From assembly GCF_011745625.1 (NCBI RefSeq), contig NW_027191453.1:1240001-1304000 (forward strand): a stretch of DNA of 64,000 bases. Reading direction: 5' to 3'. This document shows, piece after piece, positions 21,746 through 33,700 of the stretch (within the stretch, counting starts at the first letter, position 1; the number at the start of each line of letters is the position of its first letter). The notes beneath the pieces are model-generated. The model did no database searches, was not told where the DNA came from, and saw nothing but the letters and a program-made list of their open reading frames with translations. Source of the stretch: Cladosporium halotolerans. Taxonomy: Eukaryota. The position numbers and the translations under genes are program-made.

Positions 21746-22121
21746 GATAACTATCGACGTTTTTCCTTTAGGTCTGTCGGGACTGATGGATGATAGGATA
21801 ATTAGTCAGTCCGCGAGCAGGAACAAAAGAAGCGGGTGCGCCTTCTCTTGGCTCTTTCCCGGAAATATTCCACGTCGGAAATCTTCCATACAATGACAAT
21901 CAAGGAACATGCAAAGTTCAGGAATATTTCCGTTCTAGGTTGGGCAGCTAGATAATCAAAGCTAATCAACAATGCAAGGATGGAAGTTGAGCGTGAGCAA
22001 TTTGCTACGGACCTGTCAAGGTAGGTCTTCGGGAGTGACTTGCATTCCATTTCGTTTGTCATCGTCGCAACTCGATACAAGCAAGTTCTACGATTGTACA
22101 TTGACCGAACCGTCCCCCGTT

Positions 22122-25100
22122 TCACCAAGTTACAGCTTCTCCATCCCCATCCTCCCTAATCGCATTTCCATCGTATCTCCCTGAATCGGGTTCCACTTCA
22201 TATGGTGGCAACTGCTCCGGCGTGAGATGATTCGGCAAAACAGTCCGACAAGTCAGCGCAAACCGCAGGTTGCCATGAGGCTCCACCTGATGCTCAAGAT
22301 ACTTCTGGATCTGTTCGCCCTCCATGATCACAATATCACCGTGTGTGAGGTGGAAGGACAGGATTGGGTCAGCTTGCTTCCGACGCAAACCAAGCTCTCT
22401 CGGCAGCTCTTTCGAGCGTCTTCGGTACCCATCAGTGTCACCGGCCTGCTTGAGGCATTGAAGCTCCTCCCACGCCGCCATGCGGCCTTCGTATGAATCC
22501 TTCGACTGGGTTTTGGTCTTTGTTTTGCCCTTGAATCCCGACGTGTACCCCGAGCTCTCCAAAAGAGGTAGTGGCAGAGGTTTTGCATCCGTGAAGACGC
22601 CACTGGTGGAGATAGGGCAGAAATACTTTGTCTTCACTCGAAGACTCATGGTTGCTGCAGCGCCGAGAGAGAGCGTTGCGATCCGGGGCCCAAGGCCCTT
22701 CTCGCCGTCGTCGTGGTACTTGATCTTTTGTCCTTCGAGATATGCGAAGACGAGCTCCTCATTGAAGTCTTGATAGCCAGTGGGGTCGTTAATAAAGACA
22801 CGCTGAGCCCAGTTCAGGCGAGACCGAGCCGCACGAATTGCCTCTGGTGCATCGTCGAAAGACTGACTCTCGCCGTTTGCGATGAACTTGTAGGGCATAC
22901 CAAAATTCATCCCGAATGCTGTCATACGAGCGCCTACTTCGACTTTGTGGTGATCATCCTCCTCATCTGCGTTTCCGCTCGTTTCCTCGTCTGGGTCTGC
23001 ACTCGCGCCCCCTGCGTTGAGTGCTTCTTCTGCGTATATGGCAGGCTCGGCATGTGCGACTGCTGAGACATTGGCGCCTGCTCCTGCGACAAAGTCCCCC
23101 TGATAATTCGAGAGCTTCAAATCGACGTCCGCAGTCTTGCGCAGCATCCGCCTTTCCAGGCCGATATTCTTGCTCTGCATCTCCCGGAACATGTCATTAG
23201 GACCTCCGAGCTCAGAGACCACTTTCTGATTTGCTTTTGCGACGATCACAGAGCCGCTGACACCTTCGATCGTGTATTTGACGACCTTGTAGTTGTGGCA
23301 GTAGCGAATCGTCGTGCAAATTGCAGGCTTTACTGACGACTTGATCAAACTTGGCCCATCGGTGGCCATGTCCCATGGATTGTGATGAAGATTGGAGGGC
23401 ATCACGACTTGATGCTGAGGCATCAACTTCCATTTGCAGCCCGGGGTATCACAACGCCATCCAGTGAATAGGTATCGAGTGTTACATCGCCCGCAGTCTG
23501 GGCAGACAATACCGCGAGTGTTGATGGAACTGAGATTGTCGCCGAAGTACTGGTCAATCTGCGGTACACCGGGGTTCACACTAAATGGCGGGTCATTCCT
23601 TTCCCAAGGAGTGTTCGCAAGCAGAAAGGCCGGGTGGTAGTCGAGCTCCCCGTACGGAGCATCTCGACCATCGGGCAGCTTCCAGAGGGCATCGCATTCA
23701 GGATTGGTGCAGATCCAGCCTATCAGGTAAATCTGGGGGCAAGTCTTTCCGCAGATGTGGCATTCCCGAATTGGCAATGCAGGATCTGATGAAGTGTCGG
23801 TGTGATTCTGAGCGGCGTACCAAGGAGGCGTGGTCTTGTCAAGTCTCTCGAATCGATAGCGAATTGTCGTTCGAACTATGTGATTCCTGCCTAGAGTCTT
23901 CTCCGCCCACACGTGCGTGGGCTTAAACCAGTCGAGTACACAATACCGATGAGGCATACTTGTGATTGACCCTTCATTGTGAGACCCGCAGATGATAATC
24001 AGAGGGTTCCTCTGGGTGATGTTGTTTAGCAAAGATTGCGGCTGATTATCGTTGATGTCGTGGTTCTCAGTCTGATATATGACGCCAGTCTTACCATCCT
24101 TTGCCATACTGCCGCCCATGCGAGCAATTATAACGTCCTGACCAATATATTCTCGGCCAACGCTAGCACTGTCAAACATAAATCCGTACACATTTCCGCC
24201 GTTAGCGTAGCAACCACTGTGACCAGCTTGGAAGTAGGGCAAGGTCTCGCAAAGCTCTTGTCTCCCGGGTGCCCAGACCTTCGGCTTGCCGATCGGAAGA
24301 GGTTTCGAGGATAAGGGCTCTCGGTGTGTCAAAGCCTTGGAGAGCCTCAAAAGTTCGGGATCTATCGGGGCGGCTGAGTTGAGTACGTCCGCTTGATGTA
24401 GCGGTGGCGACGACGGGATCTTCAAGTCATTGCCCTCTGTAGGGGTTATCCTCCTTGCGGATAGGTGGTCAGATGTTATCCTCCTCGTCCTCGGCTTCTT
24501 GATAGCTCTGTCTGTAGGCGCCCCTTCGGCAGGAACGTTGGCTGAACTAGCTGGCTTACTACGACGTGGAGCCTTGACAAGGCTATCATCTTTCGTTTGC
24601 TTCCTCGGAGCCCTCTTTTGAGTACCATCAGCTTGCTTCGGAACTCCACTTTGACGTGTTGCAGGGGCTTTCCGCGCACAGGGGACAATTTCCTCTGTCC
24701 CTGATTTCCGGGGGTTTGTAACACGAGGACTGGCCCTTGGCTTCACTGGAGTAGGAATGGCTTTCTCGGGAACGGCAGTGACTTCCTCGGAGAGAACCTC
24801 TTTCGCATCCGGCACAGGAGATTGATCTTGGTCTACTGTTGATGATAATGCAGAGACCGCCTGAATTTCTTTGACCTTCCACAGAGCCGCAGATACAACT
24901 CGCAGACGAACGACGCTGCTTTGTCCGTTTGAGGAACACGGTGCGGGTAATGCTGGAGACTCGCCTGGGGCAGTCTTTGATGCGAGCCTTGGTTCAAAGC
25001 TTTCGTCGATTTCGGCCGCAGGCGCTTTGAATGACTCGCGAGAAAGAAGTCGAGGTGGTTCAGGTGTAGTATCAAGCTCAGAGAGCTCAGAGTCGGTGGA

Positions 25101-25529
25101 GTCGGAGTCTTTGCGAAGTTTCTTAGGAGAGGCCACATCTTGAGCAGACTCTGAAGCTTTTCTTTTATGGGCCCGCGCCTCACCAGCAATTCGAGCCGAC
25201 GCTTTCACGGGAATCCGATGCCTAGACGATCCCTTGCGAGGGGCTGCGATGCTTATGCGGGTAGTGACCGCGTTCCTGTGCTGTCCTTCGGAAGATTTCC
25301 TGCTGGACGCGGAGCTCTTCCTGCTGGCTGTGGAGTCTTTTCTCATTCGTGCCTTCGTCGGCGTTGAGCTGCTTGAGGTGTTACTGTTATTCGTAGGTGG
25401 CCTCAGCGCTACCGACCCGAGTCCACTGGCAGCGCTTACATCAGAAGGATGATAGACGTTATATTGGTCTTCTAAGACATCCCGACTGGCTTTGAGTGCG
25501 GCGTTCAGCGCCACTCGATCGGAAGGCAT
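22122..25529 (-). CDS. Fungal AlkB-family 2OG-Fe(II) dioxygenase with Cys clusters and disordered basic N-terminus
   Basis: 1135-aa ORF. YHDDGEKGLGPRIATLSLG (HxD), HGDIVIM, LEHQV (distal His), RFALTCR (RxxxxxR). Two Cys clusters: CHIC...WICTNPEC and CPDCGRC...WRCDTPGC. Confidence 0.88.
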   Translation of the reverse strand: MPSDRVALNAALKASRDVLEDQYNVYHPSDVSAASGLGSVALRPPTNNSNTSSSSTPTKARMRKDSTASRKSSASSRKSSEGQHRNAVTTRISIAAPRKGSSRHRIPVKASARIAGEARAHKRKASESAQDVASPKKLRKDSDSTDSELSELDTTPEPPRLLSRESFKAPAAEIDESFEPRLASKTAPGESPALPAPCSSNGQSSVVRLRVVSAALWKVKEIQAVSALSSTVDQDQSPVPDAKEVLSEEVTAVPEKAIPTPVKPRASPRVTNPRKSGTEEIVPCARKAPATRQSGVPKQADGTQKRAPRKQTKDDSLVKAPRRSKPASSANVPAEGAPTDRAIKKPRTRRITSDHLSARRITPTEGNDLKIPSSPPLHQADVLNSAAPIDPELLRLSKALTHREPLSSKPLPIGKPKVWAPGRQELCETLPYFQAGHSGCYANGGNVYGFMFDSASVGREYIGQDVIIARMGGSMAKDGKTGVIYQTENHDINDNQPQSLLNNITQRNPLIIICGSHNEGSITSMPHRYCVLDWFKPTHVWAEKTLGRNHIVRTTIRYRFERLDKTTPPWYAAQNHTDTSSDPALPIRECHICGKTCPQIYLIGWICTNPECDALWKLPDGRDAPYGELDYHPAFLLANTPWERNDPPFSVNPGVPQIDQYFGDNLSSINTRGIVCPDCGRCNTRYLFTGWRCDTPGCKWKLMPQHQVVMPSNLHHNPWDMATDGPSLIKSSVKPAICTTIRYCHNYKVVKYTIEGVSGSVIVAKANQKVVSELGGPNDMFREMQSKNIGLERRMLRKTADVDLKLSNYQGDFVAGAGANVSAVAHAEPAIYAEEALNAGGASADPDEETSGNADEEDDHHKVEVGARMTAFGMNFGMPYKFIANGESQSFDDAPEAIRAARSRLNWAQRVFINDPTGYQDFNEELVFAYLEGQKIKYHDDGEKGLGPRIATLSLGAAATMSLRVKTKYFCPISTSGVFTDAKPLPLPLLESSGYTSGFKGKTKTKTQSKDSYEGRMAAWEELQCLKQAGDTDGYRRRSKELPRELGLRRKQADPILSFHLTHGDIVIMEGEQIQKYLEHQVEPHGNLRFALTCRTVLPNHLTPEQLPPYEVEPDSGRYDGNAIREDGDGEAVTW

Positions 25530-26345
25530 GTCTTGTTTCCCGCAAGGGCGTCAAAATGTCAACCGCTAGGAAGTCTGAAGCGCAAAGCCGAATTGTATCA
25601 TTTTTCAGGCAATGTCAAATGAAACAAACTTGGGTATGGAGTATTTCAGCTCGTACACCGTGATGTTGAGCCTCCTGCTTTCGCGACGAGCGACAAGCGA
25701 CGTCCGTCTGTCGATGCTTCACGGTTTGTTATTGGTTGTTCGAGATTGTTCGGAAGAGTTACTGAGAGTTCGAATATGTACGTTCCAGGTACCTCGAGCT
25801 GAGGATGCAGCGCAGATTTGGCGGCTGTCTGCAAGGTAACGGCTTTTTGGATGGTATCGCGATTGACGTAGGGATCGAATAAAGCTGCAACGGGAATTGG
25901 CAGGAGCTTGCAAGTTGCAGAGATTGGGAGTGATCGTAAGCTGAGCAGATGATCGTCATGAATGCGTTCAGTGTCGGAGCGACGAGTCCATAGGTGTGGG
26001 CTGCCATGCGGGGCTAAGGCTCAAGCGATGGTTTTCGGCAGCGGCTGCAGCTTGTGCAGTGAGGTTGCAATTTTACAGGGAAGCTGGTGCAGTGAACGCA
26101 AGATAGGATGTGTTCACTGACCAGTCTTGTGATTAGGATTGACAAATATCGCTCGTCTTACACGGAAGAAAACAAACGACTTCGCACGTGAGCTAGGGCA
26201 GACGGGGAAATCAAGGAGGTCGTGAGCTATATCATGTGAAGGTCGCGCAGGATAATGAAAAGAGAGACCGGTTTCTTACAGGCTACGAAATTTGAATACC
26301 ATTGAAGCATACGCCAGGCACCTTGCTTGCTCAAAGTAGGATTAT

Positions 26346-26383
26346 CCCATGTCCGAAACCAAACACCCATGTCCGAAACCAAA
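26346..26383 (+). repeat. Perfect 18-bp direct repeat, 20-bp period
   Basis: CCCATGTCCGAAACCAAA at 26346-26363 and 26366-26383. Confidence 0.9.
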
Positions 26384-26834
26384 TACAGAATGCTTCCTGT
26401 AACTCCACGCCAAAGCCGCTCCAACAGGAAACGCAGTTGCAAGGCCCATACATATGGGAAGGCAAGCACCCGCTGCCTGTTGAGGGCAGTCTACACTCAG
26501 AATAGAGGAGACTAGGATGTTTAGTAGTAACTCGCGAACCGAGCATGCCACAAAGAACTGTCTGTCCGTCTCGCCTATCTGCACAGCTGATCGCCTGCTT
26601 GTCGACTACAGGGTCAAGCGACCTGCTTCGCTCCCGCGAGTGTGAGCTCTGTCATGATGGTGAAGGACGAAGTCAACCACCAGTGTCATGTAAGCTCGGG
26701 TACCAAGGAGATCCGCACGACGTGCGGTGTCTTCCGTCCCGCTCTCCAAAAACATCTCCATGGCTGCTATCGCGCGCTCCATTGATCTGGGCTTTTTTTC
26801 TTTTCTTTTTTTCTGGTTTGAATGGAGGCCCGAT

Positions 26835-29800
26835 TCAGGTGGAGCTCAGATGAAGGATTTGGTCGGGTTTGCCGACAAACTCACGTCGATAGAGCGCAAT
26901 GCGCGCGGCAATGGCATTTACGTCGGTACCTTGATTCGAGGCGCGCAGCTGCCTTACAACGTCGGTAAGACCAGCCTTCCAGCGCTGTTCTTCCTCAGCT
27001 GTTTTCCAAGGGGCGTTGCGGGTTCCTAGGTCTTTAAGAAGCTCGGCATCTACATGTTAGTATAGCTGCGTCAGCTACCATCTGAGAGAGCAAAATTTAT
27101 CTTTGGAGTGAAGAGGCTGCGTAAAAAATGTGCATCTAGGGGGGGCATGCCATTCGCCATAGTACGCACCGTTGACGGCCATGTCGCGGAAATGCTGGTC
27201 CTCGCAACTAGCATCGTTGCAATTGCCGGTCGATAGCTCGTTTGCACAGATGAACTCTGCAGGATCGATCTTGTTGCTGTATGTTAGCGACTTGAACCCA
27301 CCCGAAACATCTGAAGTAAACTTTGGGTGGAAGCGGTAGTCCTTGAATACCCTCAGAGGACTTTCATAAGGGGTGTAGTGGGGCCGCGAAGCCTCATGCT
27401 GCTGGTATAATTAATATTTTGCCGGGATCTTGTCATGGATTACACACCTCTGGGGTCGCATTCTCTTGCCCTCGTGATGCTGGTTGAAGCTCTGGCGCCA
27501 AATCGGCGTCTTGAGGGCCTGCTTGCGATTTGGAGATCAATGGGGAGGGAACAGATTGAGGCTCGAGTCTGGGCAGCGCAGTAGGAAGAGCTGGTGTGGA
27601 ATCAATGTCTCCAGAAACTGCAGTTGCGGGCGCGGGCTCATACTCATCGCCGACTTCGTCCTCTGAGTCGGAAGATGAGTCGCTCGAATTTTCGCTAGTC
27701 TCTGAATCTGAGGAAACATCCATGGAGACATCTGACTGCGCGGAGTCGATCTCCTCGACACCATTTTCAACGGTCGGGACGTCAGGCGCGGATGGTTGAG
27801 CCTCATCCTCGCTCGAATCGCTGTCGTCGCCACTTGACAGATCCATGGCATCATCACTGTCGCTGGGCGCGGACGCATCCTGGCCATGCGCCTGCACGGA
27901 TGCGGGAGCTTGAGCCGCATGAGCCGCATGGCGTTGGTCAGAGATAATTTCAGCTTCTTCTTTGAGCTGTGACAACCTCGCCTCCATCCTCTGCTTGGAC
28001 TCATCGGGCTGCTCCTCGCCAGGTTGAGGTGCGGCGGCGCTGTCAGCAGAAGCCTGGTAATGGCCGATGAGACCTGGAAGTGACGAGGCTGGTGCAGGCG
28101 CTGATGCGGTGCTTGTTGTCGGTTTGACCTTCTTAGGCTGCTTCTGCATCTCAGCAATACGTCGGTTCATCTCTTCAATCTCTTGGAGTTTGCGTTGATA
28201 CGCAGTTCCACCAGGTGTGCTTGCTCCAGGCGTGCCAGGCGCCGAAGTAGTAGCGCCATTGATGGGAGGAGGGAAGTCATGCAAAAGGCCTGGCTTCATG
28301 GTCTTGAATGCTGTATCCTTGGCAGGGGAGGCAGCATTGCCTTCATCCTCGTCCATGTCGTCAAGTTCGGATTCCTCCTCATCGCTGACATGTATGATCA
28401 CGGAATCATCGTTGCTGTCATATTTGAACGGATGCCTGGGTGTCGCTTGGCCTGAATGCGAAACACTTGGCACGGTGGAAGGCCTAGCCTCGATGGCAGT
28501 TTCCGTTTGGTGAACCACAGGTGATGAACGTGCACTTGGCGCGACACTAGAATCTAGCGAACTTGTAGCTCCGTTTTCGATTGCCGCGTCCGAGAATGAC
28601 ACTTTCGTGGGAGGATGTTCGGATGCCTGATGTTGCGAACCAGTAATTGGCGTTTGCGGTTGGGTTGAAACTCCAGTCATGAAAAGCCCCGGTAGGCCGG
28701 GAAACTGGGAGGCGAAGGGAGAAGGTTGAATGGACTGTGCTGATGTCGCAAGAGATGCTGTTCGCGTCGAAGGAGCAGAAGATACCCGCAAGGCCGGTTG
28801 GCCAGACGAAGAAGGCGAGTCTGGAAGCGAAGAAGGGATCGACTGGCCGACTGGCGCCGCGGTGTCTTCAGCCTTTTTGCTGCCAAGAGCGGCTGTAGTG
28901 CTGGCAAGGCGCTCTGCCTCGCGCTTGCGAGCTTGTTCCGCTTTCAAGGCCTCAAGCCTCTTACGAATGAGATCGGTCTGCACATTAGCCTTCCTCGGCT
29001 GTGGCACGGTAGGTCTGGTGGTTGCAGGCGCGGTGGAGGCGGCAGCTTGGACAGATACAGGGGCCGGCGTGGCTTTTGGCGACTCAAGGGACGCTGTTTG
29101 TGTAGCTGCGCCTGACACTTCGTTCTTTTTGTTCTTTGCTGCCTGCAGTCTTGCGAGATACGCAGACCGATCGACGGGCGCTGCAGCTGGAGCTTTAGAT
29201 ATAGACGAACGGTTTGCGGCCGGCTTGACTGCATGTTCAGATGCAGCCGTATTGACGGGCGAGTTCTGGGTAGAGGCAACTGCAGCTTTGCCTGTATAGC
29301 CCTGCGCATGCGTGCGAGACGCGTTTGTCTGTTGCGAGGTCTCTGCTGGTGCATTCAGCCCGAGCTCCTTGAAAATGATCCGAAGCATTCTCGCGTCGCC
29401 GACTTCCCGCGCCAGGTCGTCGAACGTAAGCCCAGCGCGGTAAGCGGTGAGGACGAATGTTTTGGCAGCCTCGTGTCTTGCGCGTTTTTTGAGCACCGGT
29501 GATCGCGGTGGAGGAGACGCCTGGCTACTAGCACGACCCTCTGGTTTTCTCCGGTCGTGACCCTTGGGCTTCCGAGGTGGAGATTGTTGACGCTTCGCGC
29601 GCTTGTCCATGTTATTGCGATTTTGAGCGGCATGGTCGGTCACACTGCGCTTTCTTGGTCCGGTGGGCGGAGGCCGAAGGAAATTTGGCACTCCCTGGGG
29701 CACAGTCTCAGCGTCCTCCAACTCGCCCTCCTCACGGTCTGCCGTCTGCGGGTCCACCTCTTGAGCAGTGGCAGCGCCATTTAGCGGCGCCGCCAGCGCG

Positions 29801-30111
29801 TCTGCCAGCACAGGCGCATTCACCTGCGCAGGAACGCCAGCAGGCATTTGTGCTGGAGGTAACGGAAAGAGGCCGGCTTGAAACAGGTGGCCTAGGGCGG
29901 CGAGGTGCTCGGGCGGGATGCTCTGGAGGATGCTACTCATGTCGATGCCAGGTAATTGCGCATTCTGCAGGAAAGCTTGCTGTTGATTCTGAGGCACTGG
30001 CGTTGCCGCTGGGACGTTTGATGCAGGCATGGTGATATTTTGTGGAGGGTGTTGGTATGCAGGCGGAGGGACGCTGCCTGGTTGAAAAGGGAATGGAAAA
30101 TTGTGTGACAT
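26835..30111 (-). CDS. Red1/ZFC3H1-like protein with C-terminal zf-C3H1 zinc finger (nuclear exosome-targeting factor candidate); 3 exons
   Basis: ATG 30111 (MSHNFPFPFQ). Exons 30111-27448, 27401-27170 and 27049-26835. Exon 2 encodes YESPLRVFKDYRFHPKF...SLTYSNKIDPAEFICANELSTGNCNDASCEDQHFRDM. Exon 3 ends ...IAARIALYRREFVGKPDQILHLSST*. The ORF track stops in intron 1 and misses the finger. Confidence 0.8.
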
Positions 30112-30787
30112 CTTGCCTGGTAGCCGCAACCGGACTCACGTGCGTGAGGTCGATGTCACGCGTCACCGTGCCGAGTGAAGAGGAGCGGCAGATTCCTATA
30201 TCGCGCGTTACAGTGAAGGTAGTAAAAGTATCGGTGTTCGGCCTGCCGGTGCGCAGACGGAGACGTGGTCAGCGTGTGCTCGTCCCACGCTTTGGACAGC
30301 AAATGCCGAGCGCGTGACACTTCGAAGTAGCCCGTTGAACGGTATGAGGTGTCTTGCAAGTGAGTGGCGGCAGTGCGTACTTTCGCGCCGAGCTCGTTTG
30401 GTCCAAGCACTGGTTCGCGCGTCTGTGGGTGATGGATCAAGGATGGTTTTGCGGAGGCCAGCGCGGCCGGCGCTAGGGCCACCTCCGGCGATCAGCGATT
30501 CGCTCACGGGTGGAGTAAGTTGCGGGCGGTTGCCGTCGCCCAAAGCAGTACAACGTAAACACGGGGACTTGAGAAACACGACCGTTGCCAAACAATCTCG
30601 CGTGCTATAGCACACCCACACACATTGACCCTGTACATAAGGCGACCGCCCTCGAGGCTAACGGCACTTTCGAACTTTCCCCCAGTCCTCTGATGGGCGC
30701 CTGAACGGGCCCTCAGATGCGCGCACGACGGCCAGAGGCCTTACGACTACTAACAACACCGGCAAAGCAGCGCCAGGCTGAGCGACT

Positions 30788-33700
30788 ATGAGCTCGCAGG
30801 CGCAGGACGGGCCAAGATGGCGCAATGGAGCGCTGCAAGGGCGCGAAAGAGATCCGGACACTCCGTCACCAGGCCCTCCACCCGGGCACGCGAGATCCAA
30901 GTCCAACTTCCTGCAATCAGGATTGTCGCCGAGCACCCCCATGGGCCATGTGCGGAATCAGTCGTTACAAGAGCTTAAATCTGGCGGTCTAGGTAGGACG
31001 AACTCAAGACGGACCGGCTCCGCGCGAGGCGGCGCAGCTGCTGGCACCTTTGCGCCCCAATTTATCAAGCCGGAAAACATGGATGGTGCCCAGGATGTGC
31101 GCGTGGTTGAGGGCGAGAACGATTTGTCTGGGAAACGATACATCTGGATGCGCGATGACGAGAAGGCATTCGTGAAGGGATGGGTGGTGGAAGCGCTGCC
31201 GGGGGGCATGCTGAAAGCGCAATGCGAGGATGGAACAGTGAGTGGGAGCAACACCAAAGCCAGCTGGGCTTGAAAGACTGACAACTGGTATAGCAACGCG
31301 ATGTGCCCGCCGACAGTGTCGACAAGGTCAACCCGGCCAAGTTCGATAAAGCAGACGACATGGCTGAACTTACGCACCTCAACGAAGCCAGCGTTGTCCA
31401 CAACCTCCACCAAAGATATCTTGCGGACCTCATTTATACGTATTCCGGCCTCTTCTTGGTGACCGTGAACCCTTACACTCCGCTACCCATATATGGAAGG
31501 GATTATGTGAACATGTACAAAGGACGGCATCGGGAAGATACCAAGCCCCATATCTTCGCGATGGCAGACGAGGCATTTAGGAATCTGGTCGATGAAGGAG
31601 AAAACCAATCCATTCTGGTCACTGGAGAGTCAGGCGCAGGCAAGACGGAGAACACAAAAAAGGTCATTCAGTACCTCGCATCAGTCGCGACTTCGGACAC
31701 ACCACGCGCGAAGTCAGGAGGAAGACATCTTTCCAATCTGTCAGAGCAGATCCTACGCGCGAACCCCATACTTGAATCTTTCGGCAACGCTCAGACTTTG
31801 CGCAACCACAACAGTTCGCGTTTCGGAAAGTTCATCAGGATCGAGTTCACCCGGTCTGGCCAAATTGCGGGCGCCTTCATCGATTGGTACCTCCTCGAAA
31901 AGAGCAGAGTCGTCAGGTTGAGCTCCCAAGAGCGCAACTACCATGTGTTCTATCAGTTGCTTTCAGGTGCGGACAAGCAAATGCGCAAGGACTTTCTCTT
32001 GGACAACATGGAAGTTGAGCACTTCGAGTACACGAAACGAGGAAACGACACCATTTCCGGCGTCGATGATGTTGCGGAATGGAATGCTCTGCTTGAAGCT
32101 TTTGCCATCATGAGCTTTTCCGACAAAGACCAAAAGTCGATCTTGTCGACAGTCGCGGGTGTCCTTCACCTCGGTAACGTGGCAGTGGTGAAAGAGAGCC
32201 TGCGAGGAGACCAGGCGGCTTTGCACCCAGACGCCGAGGATGCGGTCAAGAGAGCCTGTCACTTGCTTGGAATAGATGCAGCCGCTTTCGCCAAGGCTCT
32301 TTTACATCCCAGAGTCAAGGCCGGCACCGAATGGGTGGAGAAGGTGCAGACGCCCGAGCAGGCACGACTATCCATTGATGCTCTGGCGAAGGGTATCTAC
32401 GAGCGTGCTTTCGGCGATCTCGTAACTCGTATCAATCACCAGCTCGACAGAACCTCCTCAGGATCATTCAGCGACGGTACATCATTCATTGGTGTTCTTG
32501 ATATCGCTGGTTTTGAGATTTTCGAGAACAACAGCTTCGAACAGCTCTGCATTAACTACACCAACGAGAAGCTTCAGCAATTTTTCAACCACCACATGTT
32601 CGTCTTGGAGCAAGAAGAGTACGCGCGTGAGCAAATCGAGTGGAAGTTCATCGACTTTGGCAAAGACTTGCAGCCCACTATCGATCTCATTGAGCTGCCA
32701 AACCCAATCGGTATCTTCTCTTGCCTGGATGAAGATTCGGTGATGCCCCGGGCCACCGACAAGACTTTCACCGAAAAGCTTCACTCTCTTTGGGACCGCA
32801 AGACACCAAAGTACAAGCGATCACTGCTGAGCCAGGGTTTCATGCTCACTCACTACGCTGCAGAGGTCGAGTACTCGACCGAAGGTTGGCTTGAGAAGAA
32901 CAAGGATCCACTCAACGACAATGTCACCAAGCTTCTTGGCGCATCGTCTAACAAGCACGTTGCACAGCTTTTCGCCGACTGCGCAGAGACCGACGACTTC
33001 GGCGAGGGCGGTGGACGCAGTCGTGTGAAGAAGGGCCTCTTCCGGACGGTGGCTCAGCGACACAAGGAGAACTTGTCCACATTGATGTCTCAGCTGCACT
33101 CGACGCACCCACACTTCGTTCGCTGTATCTTGCCCAACCACAAGAAGAAGCCGAAGCAGTTCAGCACGCCACTCGTACTCGACCAGCTTCGTTGCAACGG
33201 TGTGCTTGAAGGTATCAGGATTGCCAGGACTGGTTTCCCCAACAGACTGCCCTTCGCCGAGTTCCGCGCTCGCTACGAGATTCTCTGCACGAACATGCCC
33301 CGCGGCTACCTCGAAGGCCAGGCAGCTAGCAAGATCATGCTGGAGAAGCTCAACCTCGATAAGTCCTGGTACCGGGTTGGCCTCACAAAAGTCTTCTTCC
33401 GCGCCGGTGTCTTGGCCGAGCTCGAAGAGCAGCGCGACGCCCTTATCCGCGCCATCGTCGAGCGATTCCAGTCTCTCGCCCGCGGTTTTGTGCAGAGACG
33501 CCAGGCTAACAAGCGACTCTACCGCGCCGAAGCCACCCGTGTCATCCAGCGTAACTTCCAGGTCTACCAGCAAATGCAAGCAAACCCGTGGTGGCAGCTC
33601 TTTGTGCGCATGCGCCCTCTGCTGGGGGCTACTAGGCAGTCTCAGGAGGTCAAGAAGCGCGAAGAGGAGATCAAAAAGCTGCAAGAGAAGATGGCTGCCG

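Noticed and set aside
26792..26813. T-rich run flanked by GGGC/GCCC, superficially like a telomerase pseudoknot or Pol III terminator
   Set aside because: It lies about 20-40 nt past the Red1-like stop, so it is an A-rich 3' UTR tract on the minus strand. No template sequence nearby.
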